Shown: positions 31,601 through 40,958 of the stretch, in pieces | How positions within the stretch are numbered: the first letter of the stretch is position 1 | Layout: every line of letters starts with the position of its first letter | DNA from: an uncultured Alphaproteobacteria bacterium | GTDB taxonomy: Bacteria > Pseudomonadota > Alphaproteobacteria > HIMB59 | Direction: 5' to 3' | DNA: 64,000 bases | Assembly (NCBI GenBank): GCA_902555695.1 | Contig: CACDTV010000001.1 | Span: forward strand, 83,559-147,558 | Made by a program: the position numbers and the translations under genes | The notes under the pieces: generated by a model | The model's input: only the letters and a program-made list of their open reading frames with translations | What the model was told of the DNA's origin: nothing | Database searches by the model: none

Positions 31601-33202
31601 TACTTGAGCAAAATTTTGTTTAAAGAAACTATGAAGACCTCGGTATCTTTCAGTGAGTACACTTAGTGGGGCGTCGTCTCCCATTGATCCAATAGCCTCT
31701 TGTCCTGTTTTAACCATAGGATCTAAAATTAAATCAAGAGTTTCCAATGTTAAATTAAATGATTTTGCAATTTGAAAAACATTTTCTTCTTCCTCTGGTG
31801 ATGGTTTGTAAATTTTGTCATTAGATAAGATTTTATCTAACTTAAAAGTTTTTTGATTCCAATCTGTATAATTATTACGTTTACTAAGTAATTTTTTTAA
31901 TTCAAAGCTCTCATAAAACTTATTCTCTTTATAATTAACTGCTATAAGTTCACCTGGCCCAACTCTACCTTTTTTTGTAATATTTTTTTCATCTATATTA
32001 ATCATTCCAACTTCAGACCCTGAAATTAGTAAGTCGTCATTTGTTAGTATGTATCGAAGAGGCCTTAACCCGTTTCTGTCCATACCAGAAATTATCCAGT
32101 CCCCAAAATTTCCACAGACAGCTGCTGGCCCGTCCCATGGTTCAATGACAGCGTTACAATAAGCATACATAGCCTTTAATTGATCAGATAAATCAGATCG
32201 ATTAGACCAAGACTCAGGAATTATCATTGATTTTGCCATCGGCAAGTCCCTATCAGTTTGAACAAAGAGTTCAAAAGCAGCATCAAGCGACGCAGAGTCT
32301 GAGGCATCTGGGTCGAGTATCGGTTTTAAATCATTAATTCTCTCGTTAAAAAAGGGGTGTGTAATTCTTGGTTCATGTGCGCTCATCCAGTTTATATTTC
32401 CCTTTAAAGTATTAATTTCACCGTTATGAGCTATAACTCGAAATGGTTGTGCCAAGGACCATGTAGGAAATGTGTTAGTAGAATATCTTTGATGATAAAT
32501 GGCAAATTTAGATTTAAATTCATTATCAAGCAGATCTGGATAAAACTCAGAAAGCTGTTCAGCTAAAAACATACCTTTGTAAACAATTGTTTGTGTTGAT
32601 AAAGAGCAAACATAAAAATCGGAAATACTCTGTGCTTTAATTTTGTTCTCTATCCTTTTCCTTGTTAAATAAAGTTTCTTTTCGATATCATATGTTGTTT
32701 CTTTAGGTGAGAAAATTATTTGTTCAATTTCTGGTTTAGTATAATTAGCTTTTTCACCAATGATCTCTGTGTTAACAGGAACCTGTCTCCAACCAAACAG
32801 ATTCATTCCAGATTTTATTATTTCATATTCAACGATAGCTCTACATTTTTCCTGAGCTCCAAAATCTCTTTTGGGCAAAAATATCATACCCACACCCAGC
32901 ACAGAGTCATTGGTTGTTCTGTGACCCATTTTTAAAACTTGCTTACTAAAGAAAGAATTTGAAACCTCCAACATAATACCAGCACCATCTCCAGTTTTGC
33001 CATCAGCATCAACCGCACCTCTATGGAATACTGCTTTAAGTGCCTCAACTCCTTTTTCGACTATGTCTCTTCTTGACTCACCATTTATTGAGGCAACTAA
33101 ACCTACTCCACAATTATCATGTTCATATTTTTCATTATAAATGTGATTATCTTTTAGTTTTTGTCGATTTATTTTGAAAATTTCTAATGGATTGTCTTTC
33201 AT
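28688..33202 (-). CDS. gltB: Glutamate synthase large subunit
   Basis: HDNCGVG, HQRYSTNT, AHNGEINT, GAKPGEGGQLPG, CHSNTCPVGV, GXGXG repeats. Confidence 0.98.
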   Translation of the reverse strand: MKDNPLEIFKINRQKLKDNHIYNEKYEHDNCGVGLVASINGESRRDIVEKGVEALKAVFHRGAVDADGKTGDGAGIMLEVSNSFFSKQVLKMGHRTTNDSVLGVGMIFLPKRDFGAQEKCRAIVEYEIIKSGMNLFGWRQVPVNTEIIGEKANYTKPEIEQIIFSPKETTYDIEKKLYLTRKRIENKIKAQSISDFYVCSLSTQTIVYKGMFLAEQLSEFYPDLLDNEFKSKFAIYHQRYSTNTFPTWSLAQPFRVIAHNGEINTLKGNINWMSAHEPRITHPFFNERINDLKPILDPDASDSASLDAAFELFVQTDRDLPMAKSMIIPESWSNRSDLSDQLKAMYAYCNAVIEPWDGPAAVCGNFGDWIISGMDRNGLRPLRYILTNDDLLISGSEVGMINIDEKNITKKGRVGPGELIAVNYKENKFYESFELKKLLSKRNNYTDWNQKTFKLDKILSNDKIYKPSPEEEENVFQIAKSFNLTLETLDLILDPMVKTGQEAIGSMGDDAPLSVLTERYRGLHSFFKQNFAQVTNPPIDSLREQVVMSLKTRLGNLGNIAEEDSEQCNLVLLESPILLDNELETLKSHLSKHTTEIDCTYKLNDETNFLNEIQRICSEAEQAVRSGSQHLIISDNNINNDRIALPMILATSAVHSYLIKNNLRTFTSLNVSSKECLDVHYFAVLIGVGATTVNASLVEKLIIDRYKKNIYHNTDYPQLIKNFKKSIEKGLRKIISKMGISVISSYRGGRNFEIIGLSRSMVESFFPGMSSRISGIGLDGLEKRVRRQHEVSFKSDNVILEIGGEYRFRANSETHAYEGVSIHMLQEAVTRDSYNLYKKYTSRVYSSKPIQIRDLLQFNQSSKSLNLDSVESISEIRKSFVSPGISLGALSPEAHETLAIAMNRIGSKSDSGEGGEDARRYSKLKNGDNPSSAIKQVASGRFGVTAEYLNNCSELEIKIAQGAKPGEGGQLPGFKVTDLIAKLRHSTKGVTLISPPPHHDIYSIEDLAQLIYDLKQINPIAKVCVKLVAQSGIGTVAAGVAKAKADVILVSGHSGGTGASPQSSIKYVGLPWELGISEVHQILALNGLRDKVLLRTDGGIKTGKDIVIAAILGAEEYGIGTASLVAMGCIMVRQCHSNTCPVGVCTQDEKLREKFGGTPEKVVNLFSFIAEEVREILASLGYKSLKDIIGKTELLSQIHYGSSDLDNLDLNPILTKIDDGKIYDYHSVKKRNEVPKTLDDQFEKDGKDFINSGQKIELTYNIQNTLRTIGTKISSIITRKYGMNTLSEDHVTLKLRGSAGQSLGAFAVKGLTLKVFGDANDYVGKGLSGGKIIVQPRNSFTQPSHENVIIGNVTLYGATDGRLYASGQAGDRFCVRNSGALAIVEGCGANGCEYMTGGSAIILGNVGDNFGAGMTGGSAFIYSDQKNVTDLMNMETIGLYEVNNKDWKNHLLDLLNDFHNETKSKRAEFIIENFDSEINKFIHVVPNEVVEKLQYEVTKKSKIA

Positions 33203-34611
33203 GATGCTTTTTTAATTTTCGAACTCTGTAAAAAATTATGAATTGATTTTGCAACTTCTCGGCCATCATGTATAGCCCAAACAACCAAAGAGGCGCCCCT
33301 AACAATATCACCAGCAGCAAAAATCTTTGGGTTGCTGGTTTGAAACTTTTTAAAATCAACTTTAACTGTTTTCCAGCTAGTTAATTCAATATTTGTTTTG
33401 AAATTATGGTTCAAATCTTCAGGCTCAAAACCAAGAGCTTGAATAATTAAGTCACTTTTAATTTGTTTTTCAACACCTGTATCGATTGGTTTTCTTCTTC
33501 CACTCTCATCCACCTCACCTAATGTAGCCACTTTGTATGTCATACTTGTTGCAGTGGTACTATCGCTAATAATTTTAGATGGAACAGATAGCCAATTAAA
33601 TTTGATGCCTTCTTGCTCTGCATTTAAAACCTCTCTTGCTGATCCAGGCATATTTTCTTTGTTTCTTCTATAAAGACAAGTAACCTCTTTTGCTTGCTGT
33701 CTAATGGCTGTTCTAACACAATCCATAGCAGTATCACCTCCACCAATAACAACTACATGTTTATCTTTTGCTGTGAGAAATTTATTTTTTGATGGAGAGT
33801 CGCCTAAACCGGTTCTGTTGCTCTCAATTAAAAAATCCAAAGCAGGTATACTATTATTAACTGATGAGGTGTCGATATCTAATTGTCTTGCTTTGTATAC
33901 ACCAGTTGCAATTAATATTGCATCATAATCTTTTTCCAAATCTTGAAAGGAAATATTTTTTCCAACTTCCGTGTTTAAGTTAAATAAAACACCACTATCA
34001 GTAAGCCACTCAGTTCTTCTCTCAACAATTTTTTTGTCTAATTTAAAGTTAGGTATGCCATAAATCATCAAACCACCAGCTCGGTCATTTTTTTCATAGA
34101 CGTCTACTTTATATCCATTTTGAATTAAATAGGCTGATGCGGCCATTCCTGCAGGGCCCGATCCTATTACTGCAACTTTCTGCTTGTATTGGTTTTGTGA
34201 TGATAGATTTTTAACCCATCCTTTTTCCCAAGCTATTTCTGTAAGATATTTTTCTAAATTACCAATTGTAATAGCTCCAAAGCCTGCCTGTTCGACAACA
34301 CAATTACCCTCACACAAACGATCTTGAGGACAAACTCTTCCACATACCTCTGGAAACGCATTTGTAGACGCAGATACTTGATATGCTTCCTCTAATCGGC
34401 CTTCAGCAATGTAACGTAACCAATCTGGTATATTATTGTTTAAAGGACAATGTATTTGACAATATGGGATTCCGCATTGAGAGCATCTTGACGATTGTTC
34501 GACAGAATCATTTTTACCAAACTGACTATAAATCTCCTGAAAATCCTTTATCCTTTTTTCAGGTTCGGTTTTAGATGGATTCTTAGATTTTTTTTTATGA
34601 AACTCTAACAT
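33199..34611 (-). CDS. gltD: Glutamate synthase small subunit
   Basis: RCSQCGIPYCQIHCP, GRVCPQDRLCE, GGGDTAMDC, AAGDIVRGASLVVWA. Confidence 0.97.
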   Translation of the reverse strand: MLEFHKKKSKNPSKTEPEKRIKDFQEIYSQFGKNDSVEQSSRCSQCGIPYCQIHCPLNNNIPDWLRYIAEGRLEEAYQVSASTNAFPEVCGRVCPQDRLCEGNCVVEQAGFGAITIGNLEKYLTEIAWEKGWVKNLSSQNQYKQKVAVIGSGPAGMAASAYLIQNGYKVDVYEKNDRAGGLMIYGIPNFKLDKKIVERRTEWLTDSGVLFNLNTEVGKNISFQDLEKDYDAILIATGVYKARQLDIDTSSVNNSIPALDFLIESNRTGLGDSPSKNKFLTAKDKHVVVIGGGDTAMDCVRTAIRQQAKEVTCLYRRNKENMPGSAREVLNAEQEGIKFNWLSVPSKIISDSTTATSMTYKVATLGEVDESGRRKPIDTGVEKQIKSDLIIQALGFEPEDLNHNFKTNIELTSWKTVKVDFKKFQTSNPKIFAAGDIVRGASLVVWAIHDGREVAKSIHNFLQSSKIKKAS

Positions 34612-34651
34612 GATAATAAAATATTACTTTATTCTCCTACAAATAAATGGA

Positions 34652-34693
34652 TTGTATTAATACAAAGGTTTATGAGTTAAGTAAACTCATAAA
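34652..34693. promoter_or_regulatory. Two palindromic putative operators in the gltD/uppP divergent promoter
   Basis: Perfect 14-bp palindrome TTGTATTAATACAA (34652-34665) and 10-bp inverted repeat TTTATGAGTT-N5-AACTCATAAA (34669-34693). Confidence 0.45.
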
Positions 34694-34705
34694 TGATAAT
34701 AAATT

Positions 34706-35461
34706 ATGACTAATAGTAGTATTTTTTATTTTTTTTATGGTTTAATGCAGGGAATAACTGAATTTATCCCCATTAGCTCAAGTGGGCACCTTAATATCTT
34801 AGAAATTCTCTTAAAAAGCTTAGAATCTAGAAATTATTTATATGAAACATCAGCACACTTTGCCTCTTTATTGGCTTTATTATTATATCTGTTCGCAAAC
34901 AAACATTTTTCAGAATCAAATATCAAAGCTTACTGGAAAATATTAATTTATTCGACCGTACCTGCAATTATACTTGGTTTCATAATCAAATTTTACGATT
35001 TAAATCATAATACTTTAGAGTTAATTGGGTACACTTCAATCACTGGAGCAATATTACTTTATGTTTCAGATAAAACGAAAAAATTTAAGTTCAAAATCAA
35101 AAATAAAAGCACCAAATTTATTCTTGCTGGATTTTTTCAATGTCTAGCTTTTTTACCAGGTTTCAGTAGAGCAGGAAGTTGTATAATTGCATTCAGAATA
35201 TTTGGAGAAGATAGAAAACATTCATCTATTTATAGTTTATATATGGGTATACCTATAATTTGTTTGTCTTTTTTTTCCAATATTAAAGAATTTGAAAATT
35301 TTATTGTAGATAAAAATTTATCTATTATTTTTATTACTACATTTTTTGCTGCATATTTTACAATATCTTTATTTATTAAAGTGATAAATAAAATTGGCTT
35401 TACACCTTTTGTAATTTATAGAGTTTTATTAGGTTTAATTTTATTAATTTATTTATCTTAA
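34706..35461 (+). CDS. uppP: Undecaprenyl-diphosphatase
   Basis: QGITEFIPISSSGH, LPGFSRAG, FTPFVIYR. Confidence 0.93.
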   Translation: MTNSSIFYFFYGLMQGITEFIPISSSGHLNILEILLKSLESRNYLYETSAHFASLLALLLYLFANKHFSESNIKAYWKILIYSTVPAIILGFIIKFYDLNHNTLELIGYTSITGAILLYVSDKTKKFKFKIKNKSTKFILAGFFQCLAFLPGFSRAGSCIIAFRIFGEDRKHSSIYSLYMGIPIICLSFFSNIKEFENFIVDKNLSIIFITTFFAAYFTISLFIKVINKIGFTPFVIYRVLLGLILLIYLS

Positions 35462-36391
35462 TTAAACTTTATCGATAAACTTTTTTAGATATTCTGAAGT
35501 AATAACCTTCATATCTGATAAATCTTGTTTTAGTATTTCGGTTACTAATTTTTGACTTCCCTCCGAGATACTATCATGAGAAAGAGTCACATACTGATCA
35601 TATGTAAATAAAGGTTTTGGTAGTTTTTCTAATATTTTACCTTGAAGAATTGCCAAAAAAGAGGGTATGTAAAGAAATCTTTCCTTTTTTTTTAAAGAAA
35701 AAAATATATGACTCAAAATTTCTTTAAATGTAAATATTTCATTACCTACTGCGGCAATATTTGAGTTTTTGTGCTTTTCGAAATTATTTAACAAATTAAA
35801 AATTAAAAGAGATAAGTCATTTACATAAATTGGCTGGAATTTAGTCATTCCATTTTTAATTAGAGGTAAGAATGGTAAAATTTTAGCCATCTTTCCAAAT
35901 AAATTAAAGAAATTATCTTCTTCTCCATAGACTGTGCTTGGTCTTATAATTACGTGATTAGTATTATTATTCTCTATAAATTCTTCGCCCATTTTTTTAC
36001 TTATTAAATAATTTGATTTTGTTTGAAAAGTAGACCCTAAGCCAGAAACATGAAGAAAAGGTTTTTTGTATGATTCACAATAATTAGCAATTTTTTTTGG
36101 TAATAAATAATGAACCAGCTCAAATGATAAATTATTTTTTTCGTATAAAATACCAATCAAATTAATTACTAAGTCTGAATTTGCAATTAAGCTCTCAATT
36201 TCCTCTAAATTATGAATATCAAATTCAATTATTTCTATCTGCCCAATATCTCCTGAAAGGATATTTCTTTTTACTCTGTTAGCATTTCTTACAGGGCATA
36301 TTAATTTGTCACCGTTTTGTAATAGTCTTTTCGTTAAACTTCTTCCTATAAAGCCTGTGGATCCAAACACTAAGATATTTTTGTTTTTCAT
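35462..36391 (-). CDS. Complex I NDUFA9-like NAD-dependent epimerase/dehydratase family protein
   Basis: VFGSTGFIGR, GDIGQI, INLIGILYE, FQPIYVND. Start set at the ATG at 36391 to avoid overlap with rnd. Confidence 0.85.
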   Translation of the reverse strand: MKNKNILVFGSTGFIGRSLTKRLLQNGDKLICPVRNANRVKRNILSGDIGQIEIIEFDIHNLEEIESLIANSDLVINLIGILYEKNNLSFELVHYLLPKKIANYCESYKKPFLHVSGLGSTFQTKSNYLISKKMGEEFIENNNTNHVIIRPSTVYGEEDNFFNLFGKMAKILPFLPLIKNGMTKFQPIYVNDLSLLIFNLLNNFEKHKNSNIAAVGNEIFTFKEILSHIFFSLKKKERFLYIPSFLAILQGKILEKLPKPLFTYDQYVTLSHDSISEGSQKLVTEILKQDLSDMKVITSEYLKKFIDKV

Positions 36392-36426
36392 TGTGATATC
36401 TATCTTATATAAATATATGATCATAG

Positions 36427-37059
36427 ATGTCAAATTATCAATTATTTCAAAACGACCTACCAAATAAAGTTCTGAAATCTTTTAAAGGAGATATCTCTAT
36501 AGATACAGAAACATTAGGATTAAATATCAAAAGGGATAGACTTTGCCTAATTCAATTAAGGAATGAAACAAATAAAAAAGTATATCTAATAAAATTTGAA
36601 GAAGATTTATCACCAAAATTTTCAAAAAATATCAAGCTTCTACTAGAAAATAAGAATCTTACAAAAATTTTCCATTTTGGAAGATTTGACATGGCCGTAT
36701 TGAAAGAAAATTTAAAAATAAATGTTAAAAATGTTTTTTGTACAAAAGTTGCCTCAAAATTAACCCGAACATACTCCTCAAAGCATGGTTTAAAAGATCT
36801 AGTTTATGAAATATTAGATATTCAATTAGATAAAACAGAGCAGTCATCTGATTGGAGTAAAAAGAAACTTACAAAAAAGCAAATCGAATACGCAATGAAT
36901 GACGTTCTATATTTGTCAGAAATTAAAAACTCGCTTTATGATAAGCTATATAACCAAAAGAGATTAAAGTTGTTTAAATCAATTATGAAATTTATGGAAA
37001 TCAGAGTAGATTTAGATTTACAGGGATGGGAAGGAATAGATATTTTTGCTCACAAATAA
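36427..37059 (+). CDS. rnd: Ribonuclease D (3'-5' exonuclease domain)
   Basis: IDTETLGL, RDRLCLIQL, FHFGRFD, QSSDW, YAMNDV, DIFAH. Confidence 0.88.
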   Translation: MSNYQLFQNDLPNKVLKSFKGDISIDTETLGLNIKRDRLCLIQLRNETNKKVYLIKFEEDLSPKFSKNIKLLLENKNLTKIFHFGRFDMAVLKENLKINVKNVFCTKVASKLTRTYSSKHGLKDLVYEILDIQLDKTEQSSDWSKKKLTKKQIEYAMNDVLYLSEIKNSLYDKLYNQKRLKLFKSIMKFMEIRVDLDLQGWEGIDIFAHK

Positions 37060-37062
37060 TAA

Positions 37063-38010
37063 ATGGATAAATACAAAATTAAAAAAGTAGGTCAAGATGT
37101 AATTAAGCTAGAGTCCATGGCCTTAGCCAAACTCTCAAGAAGCCTAGGCAAGGATTTTGTGAAAGCTGTTGAATTAATTTCCAAACAAAACGGTAAAATA
37201 ATAATTTCTGGAGTTGGGAAGAGTGGAAATATTGCTGGCAAAATTGCCGCTTCTTTTACCTCCACTGGAATACCAGCAATGTATTTAAATCCAGTGGATG
37301 CTAGTCACGGTGATATGGGCATCATAGAAAAAAATGACATTTTGATAATCTTATCTAATTCTGGTGAGTCTCATGAATTATCTGACTTAATAAATTTTAG
37401 TAAGAAAAAAAAAATTAAAATCATTTCAATAACTTCTTTTAATAAAAGTCTATTAACAAAAAATTCTGATATTAATTTAATCTTACCTTCTCATTCAGAG
37501 GCTGATAAACTTAAAATTATTCCAACAACGTCTACTACGATGTCACTTGCCCTTGGTGATGCTCTTTGTTGTACTGTTTTAAGTCTTAGAAAATTTGACA
37601 AAAAATCTTTTAGAGAGCTTCATCCAGGAGGAAAAATTGGGAAAAAATTGAAAACACTAAATGATATAATGGATACTGATATTCCAATTATCCAAACTTA
37701 CTCGTCAATACTTGATGCTGTTTTAATCATGACAGAGAAGAAATATGGCTGTGTTGTAGTTTTAGATAATAGTAAGAAAATTAAAGGTATTATAACTGAT
37801 GGTGATTTGAGAAGATCAATTTCTAAATTCGATATAAAAGAAAAGGCTACAAAGATTATGAAAAGTAGACCAATATTAGCTCCAAGTGATTTATTAATTT
37901 CATCAGCTATTATTCTTATGAATAAACACTCTATAACGAGCCTTATAATTGCGAGTCACAATAAACCAATTGGGATAGTTAATATAAAACAATGCTTAGA
38001 AAATGATTAA
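37063..38010 (+). CDS. kdsD: Arabinose-5-phosphate isomerase (KpsF/GutQ family)
   Basis: GVGKSG, ASHGDMG, PTTST, HPGG, CBS pair with TDGDLRR. Confidence 0.93.
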   Translation: MDKYKIKKVGQDVIKLESMALAKLSRSLGKDFVKAVELISKQNGKIIISGVGKSGNIAGKIAASFTSTGIPAMYLNPVDASHGDMGIIEKNDILIILSNSGESHELSDLINFSKKKKIKIISITSFNKSLLTKNSDINLILPSHSEADKLKIIPTTSTTMSLALGDALCCTVLSLRKFDKKSFRELHPGGKIGKKLKTLNDIMDTDIPIIQTYSSILDAVLIMTEKKYGCVVVLDNSKKIKGIITDGDLRRSISKFDIKEKATKIMKSRPILAPSDLLISSAIILMNKHSITSLIIASHNKPIGIVNIKQCLEND

Positions 38011-38431
38011 TTTATTAAACAAAAAAATCATAAATTCATTAATTATTATTTTTTTGGCAATTCAAATTTTTATATATATCGTTAATCAAAAACCATTGAC
38101 ACAAAATTTTAGCCAAAAATCTATTACTGTTGAAAATTTTTCAACAATAGTTCTAAGTAACTCTGGTATAACTAAAATTAGCTCTGAAAAATTAAATAGA
38201 GTTGATGAAAACAATATTTATTTAGAGGGAAAATCTTATATGGAAAACAAGGAATACAAAATTTACGGGGGCAATATATATATTAATATTAATGAAGAGG
38301 TGTCAAAAAGTGATGAAGATGTAAAAGTTATTAATGATATGGGCATATTAAACGCTAAAGGTTTCGAAAATCAAGATCATGAAGGTAAAATTATTTTTAA
38401 AGGTGAGGTAAACTTTGTCATTATCGATTAA
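38003..38431 (+). CDS. lptC: LPS export protein LptC-like
   Basis: N-terminal TM helix, beta-rich body ending IIFKGEV, position between kdsD and lptA. Confidence 0.6.
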   Translation: MINLLNKKIINSLIIIFLAIQIFIYIVNQKPLTQNFSQKSITVENFSTIVLSNSGITKISSEKLNRVDENNIYLEGKSYMENKEYKIYGGNIYININEEVSKSDEDVKVINDMGILNAKGFENQDHEGKIIFKGEVNFVIID

Positions 38432-38885
38432 ATTTTTATATTTGATTTTTTATTTTTTATTTTTTTCAAGTGCTTACTCTGAAAGTTATGTAAAAGCAGG
38501 TGAAAGCCTTGTATGGGACTCAGAAAATAAACGGTACACAGCTAATGGAAATGTTGAATTTAAAAATGATAAATTTATAGCATTTGCTGATAAAATGATC
38601 GCAAATTACATAGAAGAAAATAATAGTGAAGTTTTCACTGTAATTGAGTTATTTGATAATGTTATAATAGAATTTAAAGATGAAGTATTTACAGGTAATT
38701 ACGCTATTTACACACGAGATGATAATATAATAAAACTAACTGGAGATGTGTCAATTAAGTCTCCAACGCGAATATTAACTGGTTATGAATTAATCGCAGA
38801 TATTGATAATAACAAGAGAATTCTTAATTCAGCTAACGATGAGGCACTTGTCGAAGTTTTATTAGATAATAATGCAAATAATTAA
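38415..38885 (+). CDS. lptA: LPS export periplasmic protein LptA/OstA-like
   Basis: Signal peptide, repeated ANGNV / LTGDV beta motifs, directly upstream of lptB. Confidence 0.75.
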   Translation: MSLSIKFLYLIFYFLFFSSAYSESYVKAGESLVWDSENKRYTANGNVEFKNDKFIAFADKMIANYIEENNSEVFTVIELFDNVIIEFKDEVFTGNYAIYTRDDNIIKLTGDVSIKSPTRILTGYELIADIDNNKRILNSANDEALVEVLLDNNANN

Positions 38886-39588
38886 ATTAATTGATGTAAC
38901 TAAAAACTTTAAATCGAAAAAAGCCTTAAATAAAGTTAGCATAGAGTTTCAAAGCAATAGGATAAATGGATTGCTTGGACCAAATGGAAGTGGAAAGACT
39001 ACACTTTTTAATATTATTGCGGGTTTTTTGTCTGCAGATAACGGAAAAGTTCTGTTAGATGGACAAAATCTAAATGATAAAAGTCTAAGTCTTAGATCTA
39101 AGCTCGGGATATCCTACCTACCTCAAGAAGCATCTATATTTAGAGATTTAAATGTTTATGACAATATTTTTTCTATTGCAGAATTATTTCATAATAAAAA
39201 AAATTCAAGAATTATTACAAAAAATTTGATTAACCAATTTTCTTTAAATGATTTCTATAAAACTAAAGGTAAATTATTATCAGGTGGAGAAAGAAGAAGA
39301 ACAGAAATAGCGAGGGCATTGGCAAGTAGTCCAAAATTTCTTTTACTCGATGAGCCTTTCGCAGGTATAGATCCAATTGCTATTGAAGAGGTTAAATCTA
39401 CAATTTCTCTGTTAAAAAATATGAATATTGGAATTATAATTACTGATCATAATGTTAAAGAGGCTTTGAGCATTGTTGAGTTTGGCTACATAATTTATAA
39501 TGGTGAAATAATTAAATCTGGAAGTCCCAAGGAAATTACCTCTGATAAATTTGTAAAAAAAATTTATCTTGGAAAAAACTATAACTAA
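38872..39588 (+). CDS. lptB: LPS export ABC transporter ATP-binding protein
   Basis: GPNGSGKTT, YLPQEASIFR, LSGGERRRTEIARAL, LDEPFAGIDP, ITDHNV. Confidence 0.96.
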   Translation: MQIIKLIDVTKNFKSKKALNKVSIEFQSNRINGLLGPNGSGKTTLFNIIAGFLSADNGKVLLDGQNLNDKSLSLRSKLGISYLPQEASIFRDLNVYDNIFSIAELFHNKKNSRIITKNLINQFSLNDFYKTKGKLLSGGERRRTEIARALASSPKFLLLDEPFAGIDPIAIEEVKSTISLLKNMNIGIIITDHNVKEALSIVEFGYIIYNGEIIKSGSPKEITSDKFVKKIYLGKNYN

Positions 39589-39591
39589 ATT

Positions 39592-40890
39592 ATGCCTTTC
39601 AATAAATATAGTAAGATTAATGGTAATTACTTCCCTCCTGGTGATAAATCAATAAGTCATAGAATTTTAATTTTGGCAGGACAAGCGATAGGCAAATCTG
39701 AGATTTTAAATCTTCTTGAGGGTGAGGATGTAATTAATACTTTAAAAGCTATGAGTTTGTTAGGTGTAAAATTCAAAAAAAAAGGAGAAAAATATTTCGT
39801 TTTTGGTTTACCACCAGGATCACTATTTGAACCAAAAAATACAATTGATGTCGGAAATTCTGGAACAGGCATAAGGCTACTTTTAGGATTAATCTCCTCT
39901 AATAATATTAAAGTTTCTTTAATCGGCGATAAGTCTTTAAACAAAAGGCCTATGAAAAGAGTAACAGAACATTTATCCAAAATTGGTGCAACTTTTAAAA
40001 TGAGGAAAGACACTTATCCACCAATTAGCATAAAAGGTGTTGGCAATGCAGTGCCATTAAGATTTGATATATCAATTCCATCAGCGCAAATCAAAAGTGC
40101 AATAATGCTTTCTGCTCTTAATACTAATGGAACAGTAAAAATCAAGGAATTTAAATCTACAAGAGATCACACTGAGAATATGCTTAAATCAATGGGTTAC
40201 AATATCAAAGTAAAAGAAAATTCAACTCACAGGTTTATTGAGATGAAGAATAATAAAGAGCTAAAAAAAATTAAATATACCGTTCCTGGCGATCCATCTT
40301 CAGCTGCTTTTCTTATCACAGCTGCTTGTTTAAAACCGGGTTCTAAATTAATTGTTAAAAATATTCTTTATAACAGAACAAGGATTGGTTTTCTAAAAAC
40401 TTTAAAAAAAATGGGTGGAAATATCAAGGTAACAAAAAAAAGGAAGGTTAAGAATGAGTTAATTGCTAATATAAGAGTTGAACAAAAAGATTTTTTGAAA
40501 TCAATTAATTTAAGCTCTAATGAAATTCCTTTACAAATAGACGAGATACCAATTTTATCTATAGCTGCGTCATATGCTGAGGGTTTAACCATATTTAAAG
40601 GATTAAAGGAACTAACTGTGAAAGAAAGTAATAGGCTTTTACTAATTCATAAAAATTTAAAAAAAATTGGTGTAAAATCAGAAATAAAAAAATATGATTT
40701 GTATATTTATGGTGACCAAAATCTAAAAAAAGGTGCTGCAATAATAAATCATGAAAATGATCACAGAATTTTGATGGCTTTTTATATTGCAAATTTAATT
40801 TGTAAAAAAAACAATATAATAAAAGATAAATCATGTGTAAAAACAAGCTATCCTAAGTTTTTTCAGGATATATCTCGATTAAGTAATTAA
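39592..40890 (+). CDS. aroA: 3-phosphoshikimate 1-carboxyvinyltransferase
   Basis: PGDKSISHR, GNSGT, SAQIKSA, RDHTE, PGDPSSA, KESNR, DHR. Confidence 0.96.
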   Translation: MPFNKYSKINGNYFPPGDKSISHRILILAGQAIGKSEILNLLEGEDVINTLKAMSLLGVKFKKKGEKYFVFGLPPGSLFEPKNTIDVGNSGTGIRLLLGLISSNNIKVSLIGDKSLNKRPMKRVTEHLSKIGATFKMRKDTYPPISIKGVGNAVPLRFDISIPSAQIKSAIMLSALNTNGTVKIKEFKSTRDHTENMLKSMGYNIKVKENSTHRFIEMKNNKELKKIKYTVPGDPSSAAFLITAACLKPGSKLIVKNILYNRTRIGFLKTLKKMGGNIKVTKKRKVKNELIANIRVEQKDFLKSINLSSNEIPLQIDEIPILSIAASYAEGLTIFKGLKELTVKESNRLLLIHKNLKKIGVKSEIKKYDLYIYGDQNLKKGAAIINHENDHRILMAFYIANLICKKNNIIKDKSCVKTSYPKFFQDISRLSN

Positions 40891-40958
40891 TTTTGCTTGA
40901 AAAATAGCAATAAAACTTTAAAAGAACCTAACTTAAACTGAAAGGCAAATAATGACTT

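Noticed and set aside
36392-36463. Longer start for the NDUFA9-like gene overlapping rnd
   Set aside because: The Rossmann motif begins right after the ATG at 36391; the extension is probably promoter DNA.
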